From NCBI GenBank assembly GCA_963786095.1, contig CAWAXV010000038.1, positions 32,982-96,981 of the forward strand: 64,000 nucleotides of DNA. The letters run 5' to 3'. Position numbers and translations under genes: made by a program. The stretch's first letter is position 1. Each line of letters begins with the position of its first letter. The DNA is from an uncultured Acidobacteriaceae bacterium (GTDB lineage Bacteria; Acidobacteriota; Terriglobia; Terriglobales; Acidobacteriaceae). Below the pieces are notes generated by a model that saw only the letters and a program-made list of their open reading frames with translations, was not told the origin of the DNA and did no database searches. This document shows, piece by piece, positions 10,050 through 18,875 of this stretch.

Positions 10050-11277
10050 TCAGAACTCCGGCACCATCGCCTTCGCTTCTTCCAGTGTGATTCTCTTCTT
10101 GTTCCTATAGGAAAGGTTCGCCATGTGCACCGCGATCGCGGATCGATAACCGATTTCCGGCGGAGCGTTCGGCACTCCCCGGCTGCGGATACAGTCGATC
10201 CAGTTGGCCATGTGGTTCTGGTTATGGGACCCGCCCTTCTTCGACTCTCCGTCGGGACGATTCGTCTTCTCCGGCCAGTATTCAAGAGGCTCCTCGAAGT
10301 GGTGCTCCAGTGTGCCATCGCTGCCCAGAATGCGGTCTGCCATGTCGTAGTGCTTGTTGCTGAAGGTCGACTGCCAGGTCACGACGATGTCCTTGGGAAA
10401 ATCGAGAGTGACGGCGATCGTGTCAGGCACCTCGCGTTCATCCTTTTCCGAGAAGACGCCGCCCGACATGTACGCCGCAGACGGCAGAGGCAGGTCGAGC
10501 GCACCTATGATCCAGGCGATCTGGTGCACCATGTTTTCCGCGCAATTGCCGCCGGAGAACTCCCAGAACAGACGCCAGTTAATGAGTTTGAAAGGATCGA
10601 ACGGCCGATCGGGCCGTCCATTGAGAAACGCGCTCCAATTGACGTTCTGTGCGGTGCAGTCCGATGGAACAGGACGCACCCACTGGCCTTTGCCGTGGGG
10701 AGTGTTGCGGCTCATCCAGGACTCGACTTGCGTGACCTTGCCGACCCAACCGTCTTTGATCCACTGCCGGGCATCGGTTAGTGCGCCGGAACTCTCGATG
10801 CTGCAGTCCGATCTGTATCACCCGGTTGGACTCCTTCGCTGCGGCCAGACACTTATCGGCCTCAGGAATCGACCAGGTCATGGTCTTCTCGGAATAGAGG
10901 TCCTTGCCGGCAGCCAGCGTGTCGAGAAAATGCCTCGCGTGAATGTGCAGCGGGCTGGCGACGATCACAGCGTCGATGTCTTTCATGTCGAGCAGACGGC
11001 GGTGATCGTCGAAGGTCTGAATGCCCGGGACCTTGCTTTTGGCTTCGTCCCGGCGGCGGCTATAGACGTCGGCCATCGCCACGAGCTCGACGCCATGGAC
11101 TCCGCGCACTTGCCCCAGCAGATCGTTGCCGCGGTCGCCTACTCCGATCATGCCAACGCGCACGCGATCGTTCGCGCCCAGCACGGTGGCAGTTGGATAG
11201 GCCAGCACGGCGGCGTTCCGATCGCAGCCTGCTTCAGAAACGAGCGTCTCGTTTGTTCGGCTCATAGTTCGCCCCAA
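10050..11277 (-). pseudogene. Gfo/Idh/MocA family oxidoreductase, one frame change
   Basis: The N-terminal part (track ORF 10579-11277) has VRVGMIGVGDRG...DAVIVASPLHIHARH. The C-terminal part (10050-10715) follows in the next frame. The junction near 10795 reads LQHRE|SGALTDARQWIKDGWVGKV and fits one extra base. Confidence 0.8.
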
Positions 11278-11298
11278 GTCATGATTTCTCTAGCCACT

Positions 11299-12259
11299 CT
11301 AGGATGCGCCGGCGTCTTGCAGAAGCTTCTTCATTCCAGCCCAACTCTTGCGTGACGACTCTTCGGGCGAACCGCCACCGCCCCAGTGGGTTTCGAGGCT
11401 GACGGCGAAGTGGTAGCCGTCGCGCTTGAGCGCCTTGAACTGGCCCGCCCAGTCGATGAGTCCGCCACCCATCGGAGCCCAGTCGTATTTCTTCCCTTTC
11501 TTGACGGTGTCTTTGCAGTGACAGTGACCGATGCGGTCTTTGGGCAGAAGATTGTAGCCGTCGGGATACGGAGTCTCGCCCGCGGCAGCGGCGTTGCCCG
11601 GATCCCAGTTCAGCATGAATGACGGAGTCTGCACCGCGCTCAACACCTTCGCAGCCTCGGCTCCTGTGGCCGTGTTGCATGCCGATTCATTTTCGAGTAC
11701 CAGAATGATGCCCATCTTCTCTGCCTTGGCGGCGGCCTCGCGCAGTTTGTCGTTGATGGCAGCGCGATACGGAGCCTGATCCTCAAGCCGCCAGAAGTCG
11801 AAGCAGCGCACGCGATCGGTCTGAAACGCCTTCGCCATCTCGATGGCACGGTCGAGCACTTCGTCCTGCTGCTTCCAGGAAAAATCTGCGCCGAAACTTT
11901 TGGCCTCGCTGAACTTCGATTTCGGCGCGCCCGGCCAGTCGACCTTAAAAAGCGGGCTGGCAATGTCGGTGACCTTCAGCTGGAATTTTTCGAGAATGCG
12001 GCGCGCTTCGGCGACTTCCTTTTCGTCGAGGCTGACGATGTTCTTCTTCCACATGCCGCGCAGCTCGATCCATCCCATGCCGAATTCGTGTGACGCGACC
12101 TCGCACGCGTGGCCGAAGTCCTGCGAGATTTCGTCATTAATGACAGAAATGCGGAAGGGCGAGTGGGATTCAGGTGGCAGTGAAACGGGCGGCCGCATTT
12201 GCGGCGGTCACGGCGACCATTCCCGCGAGGAATTCGCGGCGTGCAAACCGAATGGGCAT
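11299..12259 (-). pseudogene. Tat-exported xylose-isomerase-like TIM-barrel protein (sugar phosphate isomerase/epimerase family), one frame change after the signal peptide
   Basis: The ATG at 12259 is preceded by AAGGAG and encodes MPIRFARREFLAGMVAVTAANAAA (twin-arginine signal). That frame hits TGA and the body continues in ORF 11299-12198 (ISVINDEISQDF...LETHWGGGG). The shift is near 12175-12195. Confidence 0.8.
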
Positions 12260-12427
12260 TCCCTGCTCCTTGGGCAACGGTGGGCACAGCAACGAAAGGC
12301 GCAATCAAATCTACCACCATCGGAAACACAGGTGGATAGGCGAGTGATCCGATGCCCAAGGAAATAGCTGACTTTCAGCCTGTCGGAGAGCCGTTGGCGG
12401 GCTTGGGGACGTAGTGCAAGGTCTGGC

Positions 12428-12470
12428 GCGCAAAACAAAACGCCCCAGACTCGATTAGAGTCCTAGGACG
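12428..12470 (-). terminator. Intrinsic terminator of repeat unit A
   Basis: Minus strand reads CGTCCTAGGACTC-TAATC-GAGTCTGGGGCG followed by TTTTGTTTTG. Confidence 0.65.
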
Positions 12471-12598
12471 TCTGTTGATCAGCCCTCCCCCAAGTGCTGC
12501 TCAAGAACAACTCTAGTCCTGCTCCGAAATCCGGTAAATGGCTCGTCCGTGCCATGCAACGCGAATGGTGCAAATTGGAAGGAAAGTAATGTTTTCAC

Positions 12599-12640
12599 GC
12601 GCAAAACAAAACGCCCCGACTCAAATTGAGTCCTGGGCGC
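12599..12640 (-). terminator. Intrinsic terminator of repeat unit B
   Basis: Minus strand reads GCGCCCAGGACTCAA-T-TTGAGTCGGGGCG followed by TTTTGTTTTG. Confidence 0.65.
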
Positions 12641-12765
12641 CTGTTGATCAGCCCTCCCCCAAGTGCTGCTCAAGAACAACTCTATTCCTGCTCCGAAAGC
12701 CGGTAAATGGCTCGTCCGTGCCATGCAGCGCGAACGGTGCAGGTTGGCAAAAATACCGTTTTACG

Positions 12766-12808
12766 CGCAAAACAAAACGCCCCAGACTCGGTTTGAGTCA
12801 CGGGACGT
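12766..12808 (-). terminator. Intrinsic terminator of repeat unit C
   Basis: Minus strand reads CGTCCCGTGACTC-AAACC-GAGTCTGGGGCG followed by TTTTGTTTTG. Confidence 0.6.
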
Positions 12809-13032
12809 ATGTTGATCAGCCCTCCCCCAAGTGCTGCTCAAGAACAACTCTACGCATGCCCCAGGAATCGGGGAATGGCTCTGACGTGCTATGTATGGCA
12901 CTAATGGGTAGGTAGGGTAAGGGACGCCGCGAAAATGACGGTCCGAGGGGTCCCGGCCCTCGGAAATCATCATACCAATCCATTCGTTGATTACTTCCGT
13001 ACTAGTGACTGTAGACGGAGCCAATCGCTTAC

Positions 13033-13064
13033 CTGCACCAGCCGTGGCGCCGCGTCTGGTGCAG
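13033..13064 (+). promoter_or_regulatory. 9-bp perfect inverted repeat in the leader of the DUF4331 gene (function unknown)
   Basis: CTGCACCAG (13033-13041) and CTGGTGCAG (13056-13064) are separated by 14 nt, about 50 nt upstream of the ATG at 13113. Confidence 0.25.
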
Positions 13065-13112
13065 CCTATTCCTGAAGGGCACCGTCTTCAATTCAATCTC
13101 CGAGGAAATGTC

Positions 13113-14604
13113 ATGAAGCAACTGAAGTCAACGGTGGCCCTCGCCATGGCGCTGCTCATGTTGGTTCCAGCCAACCTGTTCGCATCCAGCCATCGCGAGG
13201 CTCCTATCACGGCGCTCGATCGCACCGCGGACGTGACGGACTGGTACGCCTTCGTCAGTTACGACCATCCGGATCGCGTAACCATGATTCTCAACGTCGA
13301 TCCATTTCTCGAACCCTCCAACGGTCCGAATTACTTTCCTTTCGATCCCAACGTCCTGTACGAGATGAAGGTCGACAATAACCAGGACGGAATCGAAGAC
13401 GTAACGTTCCAATTCCGATTCAACACTGAGATTCGCCAGCCGGGATTATTCACCGGATTTGTCGGTGGCATCGCCGGGATTCCGCCGATCACTTCGCTTT
13501 CGGGTCAAGGTTCGGCGGGCCTCAGCCTGCGCCAGACTTACAGCGTCGTTATGGTGAAGAACGGCCAAGCAACCTGTCTGAGCTGCGGCCAGACGCTCTA
13601 TGCGGTTCCGTCCAACGTTGGGCCGCGCACCATGCCCAATTACCAATCGTTGTTCAACCAGGGAATCTACAGCCTCGGCAACAGCGTTCGCGTCTTTGCC
13701 GGAACAGTGGATGATCCGTTCTACATCGACCTGGGCGCGGCGTTCGACTCGCTCAACTTCCGCATGGGAGTGGGTGGCGTGCTTCCCCCGGCCGAGGACG
13801 CGGACGACACGCACAACTACGCTCCTGACGCAGTCGCGGGCTTCAATGTGAACTCGATCGTGTTGGAAGTTCCGATCACCATGCTCACGGTGGACGGAAA
13901 GATTCATCCGACCACCGACAAGCAGGCTGTGATCGGGACTTATGGCAGCACATCACGCCACAAGCTCACGGTTCGGCGTTCGCCATTCCCGGAGAAGGAT
14001 TCGGGAGCGTTTCAGCAGATCCAGCGAGAAGGAAATCCTCTGATCAACGAACTGATCATCGGAACCGGATCGAAGGATCGCTTCAGCATGGATGATCCCA
14101 AGAACGATTCGCAGTTCGCGAACTTCGTGCTGAATCCCTTGCTGGCGACGGTGTTTCGGGTCACTCGGAATTCCGGTCGCCCCGCCACCGCGTACGGATT
14201 TGCTGATCCTGGCGCAGTACGAGCCACCGATCTGCCCTGGTTGCGGTGCTAGCGATGCCGGCCCAGTCGCGGATCTGCTCCGCCTCAACACGGGAATTCC
14301 TCCAACCGCAGTTGGCAGCCAGAAGCGCTTGGGCTTCCTCGCTGGCGATACGGCTGGGTTCCCGAACGGTCGCAGGCCCATCGATGACGTCGTCGACATC
14401 GCCTCTCGCGCTGTAGCTGGAATTCTTGTCGATTCCACCAAATATGGGACGGCAATTGGAGATGGCGTGCAGCTGAATCCGGAAGGGTACGGTTCCACGT
14501 TCCCCTACGTCATGCCGGCCAATAGTGGGCGCGACTCGGTCCACATCGGCCCCGGCCAAGCGGGCTGTTCCGGACAGACGAACGGAATCTGTCCCGTTCA
14601 GTAG
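13113..14604 (+). pseudogene. Secreted DUF4331 family protein, one frame change near 14156
   Basis: MKQLKSTVALAMALLMLVPANLFA | SSHREAPITALDRTADVTDWYAF... matches the SSHREAP start typical of DUF4331. The C-terminal part continues in ORF 14200-14604 (ADLLRLNTGIPPT...GFPNGRRPIDDVVDI). The junction ...LLATVF|GSLGIPVAPPPRTDLL fits one extra base. Confidence 0.8.
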
Positions 14605-14660
14605 TTCAATCAGATGGCCGCTGTCGCTTGCGGGCAGCGGCCACATTTTGAAAATCGAAA

Positions 14661-15938
14661 ATGAGGATTTTTATGAAGAAATTATTCGCTCTCCTGATCT
14701 TGAGCCTGAGCGCCGCGGCGTTCGCGCAGACCGCCGTTGTTGAGAAGACGGCGCTCTCTCCGGCGGAGCAGAGCATTGCCAACGCTCGAAAAGAAATCGC
14801 CAAGAAGCCCGCGCTCTTCTCGGGATACAACCAGCTCGCGATCGCACTCTCGCGGAGGGCGCGCGAAACCTCCGACGTGACCTACTATGCGCAGGGAGAG
14901 GACGCGCTGAAGAAATCGTTTGAGCTTTCGCCCGGCAATCTCGAAGGCGAGAAGATTCGAGTATGGCTGCTGCTTGGACGCCACGAATTCCCGGCCGCTC
15001 TTGAGGCAGCGAAGGTCCTGAATCAAAGAGTTCCCGACGACATCCTTGTGTACGGCTTCTTGACCGACGCCAACGCAGAACTCGGCAACTACAACGACGC
15101 CGAGAACGCGGCCCAATGGATGTTGAACCTGCGTCCCGGCAATCTTCCCGGCATGACTCGTGCAGCATACTTGCGCGAACTCTTTGGCGATGTGGACGGC
15201 GCCTATGAGTTGATGGACATGGCCTATCAGGCCACCGTTCCGACTGAAAACGAGGACCGCGCGTGGATTTTGTCGCAAATGGGACATCTCCGGGTGATCG
15301 CGGGCAAAACGGAGGATGCCGAAAACATATTGAAGCAGGCACTAGTCCTCTTCCCCGGCTACCACTACGCGCTGGGAAACCTGGCCAAGGTTCGCATCGC
15401 GCAGAAGAGGTACTACGAAGCGGTCGTCCTATTACAGCAACGCTATCAAGCCGCGCCACACGCGGAGAATCTATACGATCTCGCTGAGGCACTCGAACTG
15501 GCGGGACGCAAAGATGAAGCGAAGAAAGCCTTCGCGGAGTTCGAAACCAAATCTCTGGCGGAATCGTCACGCAAAGACAATTCGAGCCGCGAACTGGTCT
15601 TCTATTATGCCGACCATGCGCACCAACCCGCTCGGGCTCTCGAAGTTGCGCGGCAAGAATACGCTTGGCGGCACGACGTCTACACTCTCGACGCCTACGC
15701 CTGGACTTTGCACGTAAACGGACAAGACGCTGAGGCCCAGAAGCACATCGCAATAGCATTGGCCATAGGAATTCGTGATGCCAAGCTGTTGGCCCACGCA
15801 GGAGCAATTTCCCTCAAATTAGGAGATCGGTCGGCGGCAGAGAGCTATCTGCAACAGTCTGTCTCGCTGCATGCCACTGGATCGGAGCAAGCCAGTGCTC
15901 TGCTCGCCAGCATGAGCCAACGGCAGATCACAAACTAG
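14661..15938 (+). CDS. Secreted tetratricopeptide-repeat protein
   Basis: The likely start is MKKLFALLILSLSAAAFAQ at 14673. TPR-like helical repeats run throughout. The gene sits directly between the DUF4331 gene and the TonB-dependent receptor. Confidence 0.75.
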   Translation: MRIFMKKLFALLILSLSAAAFAQTAVVEKTALSPAEQSIANARKEIAKKPALFSGYNQLAIALSRRARETSDVTYYAQGEDALKKSFELSPGNLEGEKIRVWLLLGRHEFPAALEAAKVLNQRVPDDILVYGFLTDANAELGNYNDAENAAQWMLNLRPGNLPGMTRAAYLRELFGDVDGAYELMDMAYQATVPTENEDRAWILSQMGHLRVIAGKTEDAENILKQALVLFPGYHYALGNLAKVRIAQKRYYEAVVLLQQRYQAAPHAENLYDLAEALELAGRKDEAKKAFAEFETKSLAESSRKDNSSRELVFYYADHAHQPARALEVARQEYAWRHDVYTLDAYAWTLHVNGQDAEAQKHIAIALAIGIRDAKLLAHAGAISLKLGDRSAAESYLQQSVSLHATGSEQASALLASMSQRQITN

Positions 15939-15988
15939 CCACGTCATACGAAGTCGTCGCCACTGTCAGCAAAAAGGAGGAGAGACAA

Positions 15989-18229
15989 ATGAGAGCGCCA
16001 ATCTTGAACGTCGTTACCCTCGCTCTCCTTCTTTTTGTGGTGTGCCTTTCACCCCTGCGAGCACAAACTGGGTCACTGTCGGGCAATGTCTTAGATCCCG
16101 ATGGCGCAGCGGTCGCCGAGGCTCGGGTGAAGCTGCAAAGAGCAGCGAGCGGTGCTGGGCAGCAAGCAACTTCCGATGCCGAAGGACACTTTGAATTCAG
16201 TTCAGTCGACCCGGGCGCCTACAAACTCAGCGCTGAAGCACCCGGATTTACGGCCACGAGCATCGACGTCGCGGTCTTCCCCGGCCGCGTCAGCAAAGGA
16301 GATGTCCGATTCCAGAATGTCTCCTCATTGCAGCAGGTTACGGTTGTGTCATCGTCTGCAGACGCCCTAAGCCCGGATCCCACGCAACGGACCTTCGTTC
16401 ACGACGATCAACTCGAGGCCAATCCGGGACGCCCGGGCGCGCCGGTTTCGATCCCGGGGCTTCCCATCGAAACTGCATCGGGAGGGATCAAGGCACCGCA
16501 GTATTTTGCCCCTGGAGTCGCGGGAGATCACGGCGAGCCGATCGCACAATTTTTTCAGATCGGCAATTTCCTTTTCCCCAACAACCTCCCCGCCAACGCG
16601 CATGGCAACGGGTATGCCGATCCCAACGTCCTCATCTCGAACAGTATTGCGTCAGTCGAGGCCGATGGTGGAGCATTCAACGTCCGTGAAGGCAACCACG
16701 CCGTGAATCTTGCCGTCGCCTACGGCCTGCGTGATCGCCTTCTGCCGTTTACTCAGTTCACCGCGGACCAGCACGACACAGACTTCGTCACCGGATGGAG
16801 CCCTGCGAATCTGGCAACCCTCGCATGGGTAACTCTCGAAACCTCCTTCGGCAACGGATTCCTCGCGCGGCCGGAGCATCGTCAGCAGTACAAGATCAAC
16901 GCTTACCGCCTTTTCAAAAGTGGCGACCAAGAGATCACTTTGTTCGGAATTGGGTACTATGGCTTCTCTTTTGTTCCGGGCCTGATTCCGACAGGGGTTG
17001 CAGTGCCCGGTGACACCATCGACGCGCGCCAGCAAGACACGACACACAATTCATTGCTCGTTGCGACCGACACGTGGCGCCTTGACGACAAACAGCATCT
17101 GGAGTTCTCCGGATTCTTTCGCACCTACGGTCTCGACTTGCGATCTGATTTCGGCGATGGCTTGATTCGCCAGAGCGAGTTCCGCACGGTTGCCGGGGCT
17201 AACACGACGTATCTTTTCAAACCGCGGCAGGAGTTCTCTGTGCTCGCTGGAGTCGATCTTCGCCGTGATGCGCCGCGCAACCTGAATCTTGACCACACCG
17301 ACCAAAACGGAATGTTTCAGCCGGTCACCAGCAACAACCTTACTCTAGGGTTCGTTGCTCCGTTCTTATCGGTCGATGGTGCGATGACTCGCTTTTTCCA
17401 CTACGACATCGGCGTTCGGCGCGAAGAAGTATTTATGGACAACGTCGACAGACTGACGCCGGTAAATTCCTTTAGTAAGGCGGCCGGCATCACGCTACCC
17501 AAGGGCACGTTCACGCTCCTGCCTCCCAAGCAGAAGTACCTGCCGAAAGTCGCCCTTAGCTTTGGGGAAGCATTTCACACGAACGATCCGCGCATCGGCA
17601 CCGCGACTCAGACAACGACAACACCAACCGTGATAGTTCCTTCGCGCAGCACGCAGCTTGTGATCAGCAAAAACATTGCCGGTACGGATTTCAGCGTTAC
17701 CCTGGCGCGTGTGAGAAACGCGCAAGAACTCGCCAAGATCGACCCCGACACCGGCTTGCAGCAAGACATTGGCGCGTCCCTTGCTCGATCCGTTACTTTC
17801 TCGGCCCGGCGCTATTATTCCTTCGGCTCTCTGCAAGCATTGTGGGCGCGGGCGACCGCCACCGACCGCCTCACGGGCGAGGACGTTCCCGAAGCGCCGC
17901 GCCTCATCTGGGATGTGGCAGGTACAATCAACCGTCTTCCATTCGGCCTGCGCGTGAGAAGCGAATACGAAGCAGTCGGCCCAAAGCCCTTGGGAGACGG
18001 GTTCACGGCCCGCCCCGTGCGCGAGTTTCGCGTTTCACTTCTGCGATCGTTTCGCGACGGACGAATCGATGTAGGGTTGAACTCGCTGATCGCTCGTGGT
18101 TATGCCGGACAAACTCTCGAGACTCTTCAACTGCCCACCGAGAGCGCGCCCAGCGAACGTGTCGTCGGTGTCCCGCTGAAATCCTACGTGAGCCTCTCCT
18201 GGGCCTACAACTTCCGGCATAGCCGTTAA
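15989..18229 (+). CDS. TonB-dependent receptor-like outer membrane protein with N-terminal carboxypeptidase-regulatory-like domain
   Basis: Signal peptide LLLFVVCLSPLRAQ, then GSLSGNVLDPDGAAVAEARVKL...DAEGHFEFSSVDPGAYKLSAEAPGF (CarboxypepD_reg). The body is rich in beta strands and the C-terminus ends in an aromatic-rich strand (SLSWAYNF). Confidence 0.8.
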   Translation: MRAPILNVVTLALLLFVVCLSPLRAQTGSLSGNVLDPDGAAVAEARVKLQRAASGAGQQATSDAEGHFEFSSVDPGAYKLSAEAPGFTATSIDVAVFPGRVSKGDVRFQNVSSLQQVTVVSSSADALSPDPTQRTFVHDDQLEANPGRPGAPVSIPGLPIETASGGIKAPQYFAPGVAGDHGEPIAQFFQIGNFLFPNNLPANAHGNGYADPNVLISNSIASVEADGGAFNVREGNHAVNLAVAYGLRDRLLPFTQFTADQHDTDFVTGWSPANLATLAWVTLETSFGNGFLARPEHRQQYKINAYRLFKSGDQEITLFGIGYYGFSFVPGLIPTGVAVPGDTIDARQQDTTHNSLLVATDTWRLDDKQHLEFSGFFRTYGLDLRSDFGDGLIRQSEFRTVAGANTTYLFKPRQEFSVLAGVDLRRDAPRNLNLDHTDQNGMFQPVTSNNLTLGFVAPFLSVDGAMTRFFHYDIGVRREEVFMDNVDRLTPVNSFSKAAGITLPKGTFTLLPPKQKYLPKVALSFGEAFHTNDPRIGTATQTTTTPTVIVPSRSTQLVISKNIAGTDFSVTLARVRNAQELAKIDPDTGLQQDIGASLARSVTFSARRYYSFGSLQALWARATATDRLTGEDVPEAPRLIWDVAGTINRLPFGLRVRSEYEAVGPKPLGDGFTARPVREFRVSLLRSFRDGRIDVGLNSLIARGYAGQTLETLQLPTESAPSERVVGVPLKSYVSLSWAYNFRHSR

Positions 18230-18311
18230 CAGCGTCGTACTTCTAATGCACGGCTTGATGCACAGTGGCTAGGTGTTCTGTCGAGTTGCGACGCTGACCT
18301 GCGCTAACCGA

Positions 18312-18875
18312 TCACTCCTTGCGCGAGTACTGTCCGCTGAATACCGTCTTCCAGGTCACCCCGTTGTCGGTCGACTTCTCCCACGTCTGCTCAAGTTTGT
18401 TAGGTGTTACGCGGACCACTTTAACGCGATTGAGGACCGCTTCTCCATCGGGACCGCGGCTTGATCCATGAAACTCGGCTGACCCCGATGCGACCTTCCC
18501 ATCAACAAAGACATGCACCCGACCCTCGTTGTCGGCGAACATCCCGTACCAACTCCTGTCCTCGGGACTATATGCCAAGAGGGTTTCGCCAGAATGGCCT
18601 TTGCCGCCATTCCAGTTCTCTACAAACAGACACTTGTCGAGCGCAAGAGATACATGGCTGCTGCTCGCGCTGCCTGACCCGTTGGAGTTGGTGACCGTCC
18701 AATCGCCAAGCCAGAAGTCGAGTTGCCTGCTCTCCGAGGTCGCGGAACATGCCTCAGGCTCGTCTGCCGCGACTGCGCTCTGCGCCGTGCTCCCAAACCA
18801 CACTCCCACAACCATAAGAAACAGAATGTTCGTGAGCCATCCTGCCTTCCGGACAAACACGTCTAGCTTCTTCAT
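18312..18875 (-). CDS. Hypothetical exported protein (own RBS and signal/TM segment), in frame with the upstream methyltransferase ORF
   Basis: The ATG at 18875 is preceded by AGGAGG 8 nt upstream. The product begins MKKLDVFVRKAGWLTNILFLMVVGVWFGSTAQSAVA, followed by a beta-rich domain (FWLGDWTV...WEKSTDNGVTWKTVFSGQY). Confidence 0.6.
   Translation of the reverse strand: MKKLDVFVRKAGWLTNILFLMVVGVWFGSTAQSAVAADEPEACSATSESRQLDFWLGDWTVTNSNGSGSASSSHVSLALDKCLFVENWNGGKGHSGETLLAYSPEDRSWYGMFADNEGRVHVFVDGKVASGSAEFHGSSRGPDGEAVLNRVKVVRVTPNKLEQTWEKSTDNGVTWKTVFSGQYSRKE

Larger units (their letters stand above)
12427..12930 (-). repeat. Three tandem ~170-bp units (12427-12597, 12598-12763, 12764-~12930) with an invariant 42-bp core; candidate tandem sRNA genes
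   Basis: Unit starts (CGCGCAAAACAAAACGCCCC) lie at 12427, 12598 and 12764, giving periods of 171 and 166. The identical 42-mer TGTTGATCAGCCCTCCCCCAAGTGCTGCTCAAGAACAACTCT occurs at 12473-12514, 12642-12683 and 12810-12851. Units A and B are about 90% identical throughout. Unit C shares only the core and terminator. Confidence 0.85.

Noticed and set aside
12538-12724. Sigma-54 promoter-like TGGCACGG element on the minus strand of units A and B.
   Set aside because: The downstream GC dinucleotide is one base too close (GG-N9-GC instead of GG-N10-GC) and there is no TTGC. The sequence is more simply the palindromic hairpin ATGGC-N8-GCCAT.
12427-12930. Possible CRISPR array or protein-coding mini-genes in the tandem repeat (track ORFs 12479-12724 and 12761-13024).
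   Set aside because: The period is 166-171 bp with no short repeat/spacer alternation and no cas genes. The shared core is read in different frames in different units, and a 1-nt indel breaks any common peptide.
12427-12930. CsrA/RsmA-sponge idea, because the units contain GGA motifs (ACGGA in a hairpin loop, CAGGA, GGGGA).
   Set aside because: I count about 12 GGA in about 500 nt on the minus strand, close to the roughly 9 expected by composition. Unit C has only one.
13029-13041. ACCTGCACC is shared between the DUF4331 leader (plus strand) and the minus-strand 5' part of repeat unit B (12739-12747).
   Set aside because: It is only a 9-nt match with no extended similarity. A match of this length is expected by chance in a 64-kb window searched on both strands.
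18230-18296. CAGCGTCG ... CGACGCTG inverted repeat between the convergent TonB receptor gene and the 18312 gene, as a bidirectional terminator.
   Set aside because: The 8-bp arms are separated by about 50 nt and no T-tract follows on either strand. It is not a credible intrinsic terminator.
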